DNA from: the human T2T-CHM13v2.0 reference genome, Homo sapiens
Strand: one strand, 5' to 3'
NCBI RefSeq assembly: GCF_009914755.1
Contig: NC_060927.1
Length of the DNA stretch: 64,000 bases
A program made the position numbers and the translations under genes. This document shows, one piece after another, positions 1-15,942 of the stretch (position 1 is its first letter; every line of letters starts with the position of its first letter). Under the pieces are notes generated by a model, which was not told where the DNA came from, did no database searches, and was given only the letters and a program-made list of their open reading frames with translations.

Positions 1-912
<912 letters not shown>

Positions 913-3429
913 TCACTATTTCTTTTGGTTCTACCAGCAATCCTACGAAGCAGGTAGTATTCAGGCAAGGATTTGAACCCACGGTTGTCAGATTCCACCG
1001 TTGATGTTCTTTCTATCATATATTCTTCCTCCTTGGTTCATTTCCTTATTACACCATTGGTAATATTGCATAACAAGAACTCATTAAGGTTAGCTCTCTC
1101 CTCCCCCTCTGACTATTTGCTCCTCAATGGTCAGAGCCATATATTGCCCATATAGGCACTTAATGAATATTATGCAATGAAATAGTAAGTGAAAGGAAGT
1201 GACAAACAAAATTTCACACTGACAGCCCTTAAAAGGAAATGATGTTGCTGCAAATATAATCCATCTTTAAGCTCAGTCTTAAACATAAATACCCCCAGGA
1301 TGGTTTTTAAAATATTGTCTTTTGAAAACTATTTCAAGCACTCAGGAAGTTTATTGCAAAATTCTCCAGTTGTCTCTAAAGTTATTGTGCTTTGCTTTTG
1401 TGAAAAACAGTTGTCAAATGTGTTTTTGATAAGAAATATTTTCTGTGATGGCATCATGTAGCTACACCCACAGGCGGTACACCTGTGGTTAAAGTAGATA
1501 GGAGACAGGCATGTTTAGATCAAAGAACCAAGTTTCGTATCTATGCTCTGATTCTATATATAAATCCAAGCAACATTAAGCTTGGGTTTAAAAATGATTC
1601 CCTTACTGTATTCTGTATTTGAATAAAATATTACATATCCATAAATAGGCATATACATTTTAGAAAGTGTTCAAGATAATGCATTATTTTCTGTTTTTTT
1701 CTTTGTTTGAATATACTTCATTTTTTTTCCACTTTATTTTTATTTTAAGACATAAGGGCATTCTGAAATTAGAATGCTAACAGCTCTAACAGCCTGGTTA
1801 CAACAAGACGTAAGTGGCATGAAAGAATATAAGGAGATTTTCTCATATAGTGACTTTTAGATTGACTACCACACATGATTAAAATGTCTGAATTTTGGTA
1901 CATTGTTTAAATGTTTGATATTCAAGACAATTCATCTAGTCATAACTTATATATGTTTTATGTGTATATATTTTAAACCATTGGATCTATTTAACATTGC
2001 TTCTAAAAGATCACATAGTCTGTTGTTCTTCAGTAAGAAACGTTGGTTTTAAACTCATTCATCTGGACAGAATAAGATTTTTCTTTTTATTAACTCCAGA
2101 TACTCTTTAGTACTGAATTTCAAACAAAATATTTTCATATGGCAAACTACTGAGAGACATCTACATATTCTTTCAAATTTATACTTCATACAGGATTTGT
2201 AATGGATCCTTTAAAACTGCACTAGGGTTATTGAATGTGGGTAGACATTATAAAGTCAAACATTTGTGTCCTTCCTAGTGCTAATTTATGCATTCATCCA
2301 CTTGAGTATTGGAGACTTGCCTCTATCATGAACTCTTACTTGGTTAAGCAACCAGCTGGCTAGCTTTGAGGTCTTTCCAGATATGTGTTGGGGATGGTGG
2401 GGGAATGTGAATCCTGAGAAAGATATTACACAGAAAAACGCAGTTAAAAAAAAATAAATCATGACTCCAGCAAAGACCCCCACCCCACCCCTCAAAAAAA
2501 TGCAAAGGGAAAAGGCAAAGTTACATTGTAGAAGGTAAATCAAACAAAGGAAGAGTCATTAGGAAAACTGCCTGTTCCTTTCACTGGAGACCTTGGGGGA
2601 AATGCTTTATCATGCCTAATGACAACCTACACAGAGTCAAATCTAAATGTGAAAGGTTTATCCTAAATGGATTGAAACAATAATGAAAAAAATCTTACAT
2701 TTTATTACTAAGTAATATGTTCCCTATGGAGCACAGACTGACTCACAAAACTGTAATCCCACCAGGGATCACATTTAAATACACTTTTCCCTTTACTGGG
2801 GGAACAGCTGTATCTCTGACTCAAATGGTCCCAAGTCAAGTGTGACCCAATAATGTGTTGAAAACAAAATGTTTAATTAAATTGTCTCTCTGGTACCAGA
2901 TATTTAAAGTCCATTCACTGTACTCCTTTAAAACTGATTATTAAAGTTGCTGACACTAATTTGTGTACCTATATGGATGCTGCATTTTATTTTGGATATA
3001 TTGTCATTTTAAACAGTAAACAGACTTTAGATATAATAACATAACTAAAACATAACTTATGAATGAATGCCATTTGGTATTTTGTGACCTATGTATACCA
3101 TGTCTTTTAATTTTCATGACAACCCCAGGAGGTAGGTATTAATATCATCCCAGTCTACAAATGAGAAAATGAAGGGAAACTTAGATGTTGTGGCTGATTA
3201 GTTGCAGAGTTAGCTGGTGAATGAACTTGAACAGTCTTGCCCCTGTGTCTAAATAACAACAGAAATAGGCTTTGCTATTGCAAATATTTGTTTTTATGCT
3301 GATGAATAGTGAAGCAAATCTTACCACTCCTGATTTATCATCCTGGTTGGAAAGCCTGCTTAAATGTGTTTCTACTAATGACCTCTACACTGTCTTAATC
3401 ATACAATAGTTGAATATCCAAGTCTTTTA

Positions 3430-3870
3430 CTCACCATGGTCTGTATCGTGCAGCTCTGGAGCACTCTGCCTATGTTCAAATTCTGGTTTTGTCCCTTATT
3501 ATTTGTGTGACCTTGAGCTATTGCTTATATTGTTTTGGCCTCATTTTTTCATGTTAAAATAAATAACAGTATGTTATATATAACTAGAACCTGTGGAGTT
3601 ATCTGATATATAACTAGAACCCATAGACTGATCCCATATATAATGAGAACCTACATGGTTCTAGGGAGAATTAAACCAGTGAATCCATAGAAAGCCCTTC
3701 CATAAATTAAAGCTAAATATAAATATTTATTGGATGCCCACTGAGTGCCAAACACCATGGTAAACCCTGGGGTACAAGGGTAAAGATGACAGAGTTAATC
3801 CTTATAAAGCACTTTATGCCTGGCATGAAGTAAGCACTAAATAAATGCCAGTTATTATAACTGCCATTAT
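3430..3870 (+). mobile_element. MIR SINE, degraded, interrupted by a 30-bp triplication and an L2-like piece
   Basis: MIR core-like gttcaaattctgg...tgtgtgaccttgagc and tail aaagcactttatgcctggcatgaagtaagcactaaataaatg. Confidence 0.65.
3576..3651. repeat. Degenerate 30-bp-period tandem repeat (3 units)
   Basis: atatataactagaacc at 3576 and 3606; atatataatgagaacc at 3636. Confidence 0.85.
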
Positions 3871-5099
3871 TGTCAGGCAGTCTTTGGCTCATCTTATCCT
3901 TTTTTCCTCTAATGCTCTGTGGATCTTGAATGTCTTATTATTGCATAACGTTCTGGAGAAAAGCATTAAGGCTCCTGTTTACTGTTTTTTTTTTTTTGTA
4001 AGAAGTATAATAGAGACAATGGAGAGAAAGCTGTGAACATAGATAGAATTTTAAAATTACTGTAACTGTGATTTCTTCGTTTCTCTCTATGAACAAACAG
4101 TTAAATTGTTCCAAAGTGCACATAATATAAAATGGCCCACCATTAAAGACTGCAACAACTACTACTACTACTGTCTTAACTGTCAGACGCCATACTAGAA
4201 CCACCAATGGCAGCTTATTAACTTCATCCTGTTCAGATTGTTTGAAAGGTTTAAAGCAATCGAACAAAGGAAAAGTCCATTTATTTGGAACAAAGAAACT
4301 TAGGACTTGTCAACAATTGACCTCGAAAAGGTATCTAGAGAGTTCATTTACTAAGAGAATCTTGTTTAAGCAACAGAAAATAAACATTTTTTTTAAGGCA
4401 GCGAGAGAAGGAAAAGCAATAACGGAATCTCCCCAACTTGCTTTGCTACTTTGAGCTTTGCTGACAACAGAAGCTTTTCAGCTGCTGATCATAAATAGCC
4501 TAAAATCTCATTTCAAGCTTCAGTCCACAAAAAGAAAAAATATTTAATACTTTGTGCTACAACGCTCACAGGCACTTTGGAACTTCTCTGAGCTGTAAGA
4601 CATACTCCTCAAGTAATATGCCATGGCATAGAATCAATGAGAAAATAATTTGTACAACAAACACAAGCAGACACAGTAATGAGGCAGAAGGACTTATTTA
4701 AACTGGAAAGTCCCAGACACAGAATAAATAAGCATCCTGGCAGTGGAGCCTGGGACAGACATGAGTGCATGTGGATTTGGGAATGTGTTTCCCTGCCGGA
4801 AATCATTCAATTATCAAAATTCTTTCCCCCTGAGACTTACAAACAGAAACCTTGGCCTGTGCTCAAATATTAAACATTAATGATGTTCTCCTGATGTTTA
4901 AAGAAGAGAGGGAAATCTGTGTTCTACTGCAGTTATTAGAGAAGCAGTTGGGAGGAAACTTTGGATAGATTTGGGGGAAAAATGATATTGTCATCAGCTT
5001 CCAGCTTTATTTTTCTAGTAAGAAGAAAAGTATTTCCAGCCACTCTTAATTATATTTTGAGATAGGTGATCCCTTGTTTTCTTTTACGATGGCTAGTAA

Positions 5100-5860
5100 A
5101 TTTATTCATTTAATAAATATTTATTAGATGCTCATTGTGTGCCAGACACACAATGGAAAACCCTGGGTACAATGTAAAGTTGATAGAGTTTATGCCTAAT
5201 AGATAAGGTCCTAGATGGGAAGACAGACCAAAAAAAAAAAAAAAAAAAAAAAGAGAGAGAGAGAATAAAACAGAAAAATGATTTCAAGTTTCAGTTAAGA
5301 ACATGGGAAGAAAAACAAAAGACTGACAGAAAGGACAACAGAATAATGCTTCATGCAGAATAAATACGTGGTGTGGCATTTTGATTTTATTCTAAGTCTG
5401 ATAGAAAGTTATTGAAAGGTTTTTTAAAAAGCAATATTGTGATTCAATATAAACATAATATTGCTACTGAGTGAAGATGTAATAAGGATTGGGAGGCAGT
5501 GCTGGAAGCAGAGAGACGAGTTAAGCTTTCGTTTTAATGTTTCTGGCAAAAAGATGAGAGTGGTTTGCTCTAAAGAGGTGATAGAATAGAGTAACATAAA
5601 CCTTCAAATTTAAGCAGTGTTTTGGAGAGTAAATAGGACTTGCCAAGGTATTGGGTGTGGGGGTTGATGGAAAGGCATGGATCTTAGCCCATCCCTAGAT
5701 TTCTAGGTTGCATATCAAGACATATAGTATTCTGTTCCATTCACTGAGGGTGCAAAATTGTAATGGGGTCAGGTTTGGGAGAAATGGGGAAAGAAAGGGT
5801 TCGGTTTTAAACATATTGGATTTTAGACTCTAATAAGACACTGTAGTAGAGAGACTAATG
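5100..5860 (-). mobile_element. L2 LINE 3' fragment, ancient
   Basis: attcatttaataaatatttattagatgctcattgtgtgccagacac resembles the reverse-complement L2 3' end; purine-rich L2-like body follows. Confidence 0.6.
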
Positions 5861-7628
5861 AAGTTTACATGTATATCAAGTACTATTAGAAATCTACCTG
5901 TTATCCTGTCTTCTTTTCTTTCTATTAGAACCTCATTTTGTTGCAGTTGCAATTTACCTAACTTTTAAAAGTGTACCTAATTTAAAAACAAACAGACTAA
6001 TACACTGCTTTCAAAGTAAGAAGTAGTCATCTGATACAGTTTTGACCAATACGTGTAACCTTGCAGCTGCTGGGTGGGCATTTTGAGAAAGCCCTTTAAA
6101 AAGCGGGTGACAGCTGGGCACGTGAACTGTTCACCAGCACGAAGAGGACTACGTTTCCTGACTTGTCTGAGAAAGACAGAGTATATGCCTAATTCCTGAC
6201 TTAATTATGAACGCCTTACTTTTTGGTTTCAAAACTCTCTCAATTTAGGCAATAACTTTCGTGGTCATCTCACCTATGACCCCTCCTTTCACTTTCTCTG
6301 GTGTTTGGATGCGTTGCTGGATCTTCAACTATTGTTTTGTGCCCAATCATAAGAAAACAATACTAGAGATTGTTAAGGACTTCAGTTCTGTTATGATTGA
6401 TTCACTGGACCAGGTTTGTATTATGTATCTTGCTACAACAGGGAAAACTTAAACTCCTATATGGCATAAGCAAATGTATCTGAGTTTTCTCCTTTAGGTG
6501 AGTAAGTGCAATTTTCAACTAATATAGAATGCAAGTTTGTAACCTAGAAGAAGAGCCTCAAAAAGAAATATAAGTGTGAGTCCCATCAGCCTAAATATAG
6601 CTGTGTTTAATTACGTGGACATAGACGTATTCTAGGCACACAGTGTAGAAGAAAGAAGTGTGTACGTTCCCAAACCTCAGGAACATACAGACTTTGGATA
6701 GAAAAAAGTAACTGACAAAATAATGAAGCAATGACTCATCAACTGAATAGAAATGAAGGAAAATGGGTGCCAAAGAAGCCACAAAAACAGAATGTTTTAA
6801 GAAGGAGTGAGTGGTTGGTTGGAATAATAAGTGAAGACCAGAGAAGTAAGAGAAGTAGGAGAAGACCAGGGAAGTAATCACTAGTTTTTGCTGGGAGAGT
6901 CGTTGGAGTCTTTGAAAAGAACTGTTTCAGTGGTGTGGCAGTTAGAAGCTAGGCTGATACAGATTGAAGACTGAATTACAGAATATTAGAAGATATCAAC
7001 AGAAATGTCAATCTCATATTCAAATAGTTTTTGAGCTTTGAATGCACACATGCACTATGTTAAGTAGAGGAAATATTAAGGAGCACAGTAATGGTCACTA
7101 TTTTTAAAGAATTCACAATATAATTATATATTCATTTCTGGATGTCCTAATTGTACTGCTTAGGTAAATAAATGGAATTTTCTAATGAAGACATTAGACA
7201 TTAAAATAGTTTTCTGCTGGACAAAGCAGCCATGTTGCAAGTAATACTAATATTTCAAAAATATGACTGAGTACCTGGTTGAAACACCAAAAGGACTTTT
7301 TGTATATTCTTTACATCTGAATTTAAAACTGATTCTTAGAAGTTGCCAAAAGCATTCAGAAATATCTAGTTTCAAGCTATGTTTTCTGGCTGTACGTTTG
7401 AAAATTTATAATGTGTGTGGGGGGGGTTCTGTATCTCAGTTTTAAAGGATATCTTATAAAACAGTCTATACTGCCATAGCTTTTACACAATGATTATATT
7501 GGCAAAAGAATATAAAAAATGATAAAATAACCAGAATAATAAATTAGTTAATTCATTAGACTAAATAACTAATAATTTTAATATATAAACCCTATGGAAT
7601 ATTTTTTAGCTATTAAAAATGAAATGAG

Positions 7629-7932
7629 GGCCAGGCGCGTTGGCTCACACCTGTAGTCCCAGCACTTTGGGAGCCAAGGCAGGTGGATCACTTGAGGACA
7701 GTAGTTTGAGTCCAGACTCATTAACATGGAGAAACCACGCCTCTACTAAAAATACAAAAATTAGTCAGCTGTGGTGGCTCAAGCCTGTAGTTCCAGCTAC
7801 TCTGGAGGCTTAGGCACAAGAATCACTTGAAGCTGGAAGGCGGAGATTGCAGTGAACTGAGATCATGACATTGCACTCCAGCGTGGGTGACAGAATGAGA
7901 GCCAAACTGTCTCAACAACAACAACAAAAAAG
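7629..7932 (+). mobile_element. Alu (old S or J type)
   Basis: ggccaggcgcgttggctcacacc start, dimer with A5TACA5 linker, (caa)n tail; degenerate TSD aaatgaaatgag / aaaggaaatcag. Confidence 0.95.
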
Positions 7933-8325
7933 GAAATCAGTAAGATTTGTTCATATCAATATGAATGTCTGTTTCGAATATGTATACCAAAAGTGATAGA
8001 CAGAATTATATGTATATAATTACCCAATTAAAAAGAGCAAATAAAATTTATTTAAATGGTTTAATATTAATAGAGACAGATGCAAAAGCAACACATTATT
8101 ATCTTCAGAGGGGAGGGATAGAGAAGGCAAGCAAGTGGGCAAATATTTCTTCATTGTCTTATTTGCTTGCATGCAGAAGTAGTACTTTTGGAAATATTTC
8201 CTAAATTGAGAAGTAATTTGTTTACTTATTGTTCAATACAAAAAGAAATTCAGGATAATGGCTGTAAAATACTGTAGGTCAACAAATTGGGTAATAACAT
8301 GTTGCATTAAAAATTTAGGTGACCA

Positions 8326-8968
<643 letters not shown>

Positions 8969-9056
8969 TTAGATTTTGTAGCTCTTGCTTAACACGTATT
9001 TTATTATTTCTGGTCATATATTGAAATTATTAATATTAAATATACAACTTATTATG

Positions 9057-9480
9057 TGTATTTGGGTTGGATAGTGTCTGCCCAGAATTCATGTCCACCA
9101 GGAACCTATGAATGGGACCTTATTTGGAAATAGGGTGTTGGAGATGTAATTAAGTTAAGATGAGATCACACTGATTTAGGGTAAGTGTCCTTATCTGGTG
9201 TCCTTCTAAGAAGGGGAAAATTTGGACACACACAGGGTAGAAGTTCATTTGAAGATCGGACTTAAGCTGTCACGAACTAAGGAAGGCCAAGGATTGCCAG
9301 CATCCCTAAGAAACTGGAAAGGCAAGAAAAGATTCTTCTGGAAACTTTGGGAGGAGCATGACCCTGCCAATGCCTTGATTTTGGTTTTTCGGCTTCCAGA
9401 ATTATGAGAAAATAAATTTCTGTTGTTAAAGCCACCCAGTTTGTGGTAATTTGTTACAGCAGCCCCAGGGAACTAATAAA
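9057..9480 (+). mobile_element. MLT1 (MaLR) solo LTR, MLT1B/C-like
   Basis: gaccttatttggaaatagggt...gtaattaagttaagatgag and 3' aataaatttctgttgttaaagccacccagtttgtggtaatttgttacagcagccc are MLT1 hallmarks. Confidence 0.85.
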
Positions 9481-11304
9481 GCATGTACCAATAATTGTAA
9501 TAGCAGCCAGCATTTATTCAGTAATCATTATGTATCAAGTATTAAGGTAAGTGAAAGTCTGGAAGAAAAAATTTGTATCAAGATTACTTAGGATTCTACT
9601 CATATAATAAATATAGCCAAAAATGGCTCTTTAAAAAATTTTATAATCAGTTTATAAATCATAAAATGCAGGCCACACAGAAGTACGCAGCCACACATAT
9701 GCAATCATATCATTAATCCACATTTTTTTTCACATTTGCTCCCTCAAGGAGATAGATGTCTTGCATTAAATTATACTAGTGTTCTCCTGAACCCATTGGA
9801 CCATAAAACTGGCCTACATGAATCAGCTGGCCTTACCAGTGTGACCTAACTTATGTTAGGGCACTTGGAATTAAGCATATACTGTAGCTTTTTAATATGA
9901 AAAATACATCCACACATTTATATACTGTGCAGAAATATACTTTTGTTTTTATCTATGGGGCACCAAAATAAAAATGAAATTCAATACAAATCAATTATTA
10001 GCAGTGTGTAGACAAAAAAGAAATTGCTTGATGAAATTCCCTAAATGTTTTAATAATCCGTGTTAGTGTCGAAGTATACAGCCAGAGTCAGAAAGATGTT
10101 TGTATGGTAGCACTGTCACTAACAGACTCCAGATGTACCATTAGAAGACCCCAAGGAAAGCCCCAGCAGTTTGGGTATTAAGAGAGACTCTGTGCTAAGG
10201 TAAACATACCCTGGAATGAATGGGAGGCTATTCTCTGCTCTCACAAGAACATATTTTACTTCTTGCAGTACTCAGTATGTGTTCCAATTCATCACCAAAC
10301 ACTTCAAAAACAACGGCATTGAAGATGTGTGAAGGAGCTGCTAGGCCTACTTGCTAGACTTCTGGCTGTTTTGGCTTCGTGAGCAAATAGTGGGTGCCTA
10401 CTTATGTTCTTTAGTTGAAGATGGTGCTCAAGGCTTGCAGGAATTCTTCCATGCCAATTAGAACAAGGAAACACAAAAACAACATTCAAAGTTATAGGCA
10501 CAGGCCAAACAAAGACAAACTTGAGTTGGCCTTAGTGCTGGATCTTCATTAAGTACAAAATTCCTGCAAGTGCAAAAATCTTAATAAAGAAGGAGGAAAA
10601 GAGAGAGAGTAGCGTGAGTATATCTTAGACGCTAAGATTTAGTTTCCCCAGTATTCCCTAAAGATGAGCATTCTGACTATAACTGAGTAACTCACATGTG
10701 TAAAACATATGGATTTTTTCAAGTGATTAAAGCAAAGTGTGACTGTACAGTAATTTCAGTTCTGCCACATGTCTCATTATGTGGTTTGGGTTGCAACATG
10801 ATTTAACGTCTCTGCAATTCAGTTTTCTAGTGTGCCTTGTTAGGAGCACTTATCCACCCGGCAAGAAGGCTCTGGAGTGACTTCTTCTTGTTTCAGTTAT
10901 TTATTTTCTTGAAATGCTTTCCTTAACTCTAATATTGCATCTATCTCTGGAAAATCATTCTAACATATGTTCAAAACAGCTATCTCTGCAATGAATATAA
11001 AATGGATTATTCTTGAAACATTTGACCATTTAACTCTACCTATAATCACAGGATATAAGATAAATAACATTATGTTTGATATCAACAATATTAATTTTTA
11101 TCGATATATATGCATGCTATAACTCCATTTTAGCTCTACCTGCTGTTTTGCATAATAGGAACTTACGTGTCTCTTTGGCTTTTTTCTTTCATTTGTACTA
11201 TATAATAGTTATTTAGGCTTTTTAGTGTTTTGGGTACTTCTCAATCTCTTTTTAATTCCTCCAATTCTTGACTAGTTATCTCTTTTCCGCTAGAGAAAGG
11301 AAGC

Positions 11305-11356
11305 TCACACACACTCACACACTCACACATTCACACACTCACACACATACACACAC
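11305..11356. repeat. Imperfect (CA)n microsatellite
   Basis: tcacacacactcacacactcacacattcacacactcacacacatacacacac. Confidence 0.85.
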
Positions 11357-12011
11357 AAAATATGAGACTATTAATATGGCTGCTGTGGCACAAATGGATG
11401 ACAGAAACAAGAGAAGAACTAATAAAGATAATACCTGGCCCAGTGAACCTGCAAAATCAGAAGAGACATTCATTTTTCTAACATAAACTACAGTATCATG
11501 TTATGAAAGTAGCAATAAACTTGGAGAAAGAAGACCTGAATCTGAAATACCAGCTCTCCTGTTAGCTATGTAACCTCGGGAAGTCTCTCTCATTATTTCA
11601 ATGCCCCTTATTGGGTGTAAGCTTCTCCAATTAGGCAGTAAAGTTCATAGTAACCAAGACTGTAGTATGTTTTCTCTATGATCCTCCTCAGTTCTCAGAG
11701 CTGTGTCTAGCATATTCTGGTAACTTTATAAATGTTTGTTGCATCAGTGAATGAGTGTACTTCAGTCTCTTCATTCTGTTTATGCACAGGGGTACATGAG
11801 CAAATGATCATCAAATGACACAAAAAATGTGTGAAACAATAACTGGCACACAGTAAATAAAACTTCAATATATGCTTTCAAATAGAAGTTGAAAAAAGTC
11901 TTCCGCATTTGCTGGGTAATACCATCATCCATCTCATCCATCAAACTAAGGAAACCAGCCTACTCGGATTTATGCGTCCATTATCCATATAAAGCCAGGA
12001 TGAAAAATCAA

Positions 12012-12240
12012 CCCTAGGCAGCATAGCAAGACCCTGTCTCTATAAAACAAATAAAAATAAAAATTAGCCGGACAAGGTGGCACACCTGTAGTCCCAGCTA
12101 CTTGGGAGGCTGAGGCTGGAGGATGGCTTGAGCCCAGGAGTTTGAACTGAAATGAGCTCTTATTGTGCCACTGTACTGCAGCCTGGACAACAGAGCAAGG
12201 CTATCTCTAAAAAAACAAAAACAACAACAAAAACAAAAAA
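12012..12240 (+). mobile_element. 5'-truncated AluJ-like element
   Basis: catagcaagaccctgtctct...ggatggcttgagcccaggagtttga (J-type wording) with A-rich tail. Confidence 0.85.
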
Positions 12241-15200
12241 CATAAGTTTCTCCCACATCACTGTTCTTCTTTTCATATCCCCAAATGCAGTTTCGTCTTA
12301 AGACAAAATTGTATTGTTCTTGTAGGTGATTTTACTGCTGAGCTAAGGAATTTTCTGAATCAGCGTGTAATGGCTACATTAGAAATCTATTCGGATTGTT
12401 GGTAAAGTAGTACCGATATAAGCAAAACAAAATTATTCTGCATTTTAATCATTAGTGTCACTGTGTTTTCTCACTTGTGTAGTAAAAACACACTACCGTT
12501 CTGGAAGTATAGGTAAGCACATATTCACACACACATAATATTTTGTGGTGGTAATATATACGAAGGGCGATTTCAGGGGTCAGAACTTAGACTCAAAACT
12601 GAATAATGTCAAATATTAATCATTTGTCAACCTCCCACTTCTCATCTCCCCCTCCACCACACTGACAGCAGGAAGAAGTGCATTGAGAGAATTACTTCCC
12701 CATAAGTGAGGTAACATCTGCCTCAAAGCTGGGTCAGGATGGAGGCTGGATCATCTCCTCAGCAAAGAGCTGTTCATGTGGAATAAGAGAGGCAAGCAGT
12801 TTAGCCTGAGGCTCTTTCAGGATTTAGAATGCATAATTTGGTAGAAATTGTAATAAGGAAAGCATCCTTGGCAGACTAGTAATCTCCATTGAATACAAAC
12901 TTCTGAGGACAAAATTCTCACACACAATTTTCATTCTAATGGTTTTTGTTTGTTTGACTGGCTTTTTCCTTTTGACTCCATGAATCATGATAACAAACCT
13001 TTAAGAACAGGGATTCTTCCATCCACCCACTTAAATAATGGCTTTCTGGATTTTCTTTTGGAAGTCTGTGTAAAAACCACATAATACTTTCTAAGTCTCC
13101 TCTTCTTTGGTTCTAATTCGGAAGAATCACCCTTTCTTCCAAGGCTGTAGACACATGGTACATGTGTTCATTACCAACTTCACATTTCTAAGCACTTTCA
13201 ATAGACAGCACTTGAGAGTACAGTTAATGGAAACAGCCTGACCATGTTAATCTAGTTGATTAAAACCAGTGGAACAAGTTACAAGTTAGTATTAATAAAC
13301 GTTGTATACAAGGTGATGGAAATAAGATCTTCCATAAATGTGGAATGAGGAAAAATAAGAATGTCAATAACATTTTGTCAATACTTAGGATACAACTTTC
13401 ATTAATAAGACAAAGAGTAAAAACTAAGAAAATAATATTAGGATCTAGAACCCATTCTAAATTTGTGAATTCATCTAAATTCTGTCATCAAGATATTTGA
13501 TGAACTCATAAGACTTAAGTTTACAAAATGCCTTTAAAGTTATGAAGTACTTTACATCTATTAACTTTCTGTGATTAAAGAAAAAACTCATGACAACCTA
13601 CTGATGAAGGTAAGGTAGAGATATCTTAACTTTTAAAAGCAAAAATAGATATGTCCTATTTTTAATAAACATTACAGGTTATTTTGGTGTAGGAGCTCCA
13701 GGTGTAATTTTTGCTGTGCACTGTAACAGTCAATGAGCTTCTTACTGATTGAATGTGTCTTAGTAACCTCTAAATTTTTAGATTTTAACTTGTAGTTTGG
13801 TACGTGGTATTCAATAGTTTTGGTTAAATCAGTTAATATACCTAAACACAGTCTTACTTTGTTGTCACAACTGGTCTTTCCATAAATAAGTTACATCTTC
13901 ACAGATTAAAAATTTTAAGTCCCTATGGGATAACTAACGGTGTCACTTTCCAGAAAGTAAGTTTGAAATTGTAATCCTTGGTATAATGTTTGTAGAGGAA
14001 ATCAAGTGAATTAAATTGTGTTTATTTAAGCATATCTTTAAACTGTCAGTCTGAGAATTTTGTCAACTAGTAAATAAGGGTGTAAACTTGATTTTTCAAT
14101 TCATGACTGATTTTGATTAAATCTAGTTCATAATAGACAAAAGAGGGATTTATCATGCTTTCAGAGAACAAAATCACAAAAAGCCCTTCTCACTTGCTAA
14201 AAATATCAAGTGGAACTCGAAAGTACAAACTGAAGTTGACTCTCTGGGGCAGCAGTAGAGTAAATTAGATCTTGAAATAATCGTATAAACTGGAATTCCC
14301 ACTCTTTTAGCCAGGCCATTAATTAGTCCACAGTGAATCTTCGGTTTGTACTACTCCATCATGGAAGTCTCTCCATGTTTTGGTACAAGTGTGGTTGGCC
14401 TGGCATAGATTGATACGTTTCATTTATTGAACAGCTTAGAGTTGGGGTTGTTCACATTCCATTAGCTCATTTTATACCATAATGATTGTTTGAAGTAAGC
14501 AGGAAAGGGGGAACATTACTTTCATTTTATAAAAAAGGACAAGGAGCTCAGAAAGATCAGGTTGACTTCCCCAAGGTCATGTGGCAAGGCAGTAGTTAAA
14601 ATGATGTTAGAATAGTGGTTTTAGATGCTCTTTTTGCTACACCATAATACACTCGAATGTTTCTTTTCACCTTAGGATGATAATAAGAGTCACTCTCCTA
14701 AACCAAAAATGATGACTAAAACAAGAATTTAGGGCAGAGAAACAACCACAGTATATTCAGTCCTGTGTCTTATTGGAGTTTAAAATTCCAACTGGAAGTA
14801 ATATTTTGGTTAGTAATAAAGCTATAACCCAAATTCCAGTCTGATACTAGATGGTTTTCAGCCTTTGGGATGTGTCCCATTCCAACTAAACTGTCTCTTT
14901 TCCTGTCTTGAAATGTGCTAAGCATCTTTAAACATTTAGCTACAATGACTTCAACCAGATGCTAAATTAAATGGAAAAATTTTGGAATTTGGTATTCCCC
15001 TTTCTCCACATGTCTAATTTTATACCCTTGCTACACTTCTTACACCTACATTTGACTTCATTTTGTACTTCATCTTTGTTGTTGTTGCCAGTTTAACCAC
15101 ACAATGTTTTACTTCTATGCTATCAATTATTTTTTTCTCAGAAAATAGTGTACACATGTGAAATATGTTCTAATTCATAAACACACAAGCAAATACACAT

Positions 15201-15942
15201 TTGCATTCTAAAATTAGTACAAATGATGAAAATATGTCTGTGATAATTACAGTTTTACTTGGTAGCCTCTCCTTTTAAAAACTTAAAACTTTATTTTGTG
15301 TTCTGCTTTTTCCTTCACATTACATTAACCTGATTTAGGCATATTGTAAATATTTCAGTTGGTTTTTGAATACCAAAGATCACAGTAGAAATTTTTATCT
15401 AATGCTGTCTATGCCAATATTAATATTTTGTGCGCCATGTCATAGCAGCACTGAGAAAGAAACAGGCCTTCAGTGTGAATTTCCCCAGAAATTAATCACC
15501 ACCTTGGCCTGAAGTACCATTTGGGATTCAATTACTCAACTCTCTAGGCTGATGTTTAATCTCTTAAATATTCTATTTCCACTGGGAGACACAAACACAG
15601 ATGAGCACAGAATTTGTCATGTCAAATTGTCAGACTGATCCCAAAATTCAAACCCTTCTTCCAATATTGTTGGTTCAGGAATGATATTACAATATTGGGC
15701 AACCCTATTAGGGTTGCCTAATTAGGCTATTGCCTAGAAATCCATTTGAAAAATGGATTTGTCAGGGAAAAACTCACTATAACATTCATACTATGTGCCA
15801 TTTTAAAGATATGATGCCATATAGAGATGCTTCTATTGAATAGCAGAGAAAACACCACATATATAATTTGTTAACTTTGGATCTTGACCCTAAACTTTAA
15901 TATTCAAAGGACAATTTGCTCTAAAATTTCCTACTTTTTTTT

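Noticed and set aside
3576-3651. CRISPR-like repeat-spacer look
   Set aside because: Only 3 units with 16-bp repeats, mutually related spacers, inside a mammalian SINE, and no cas genes.
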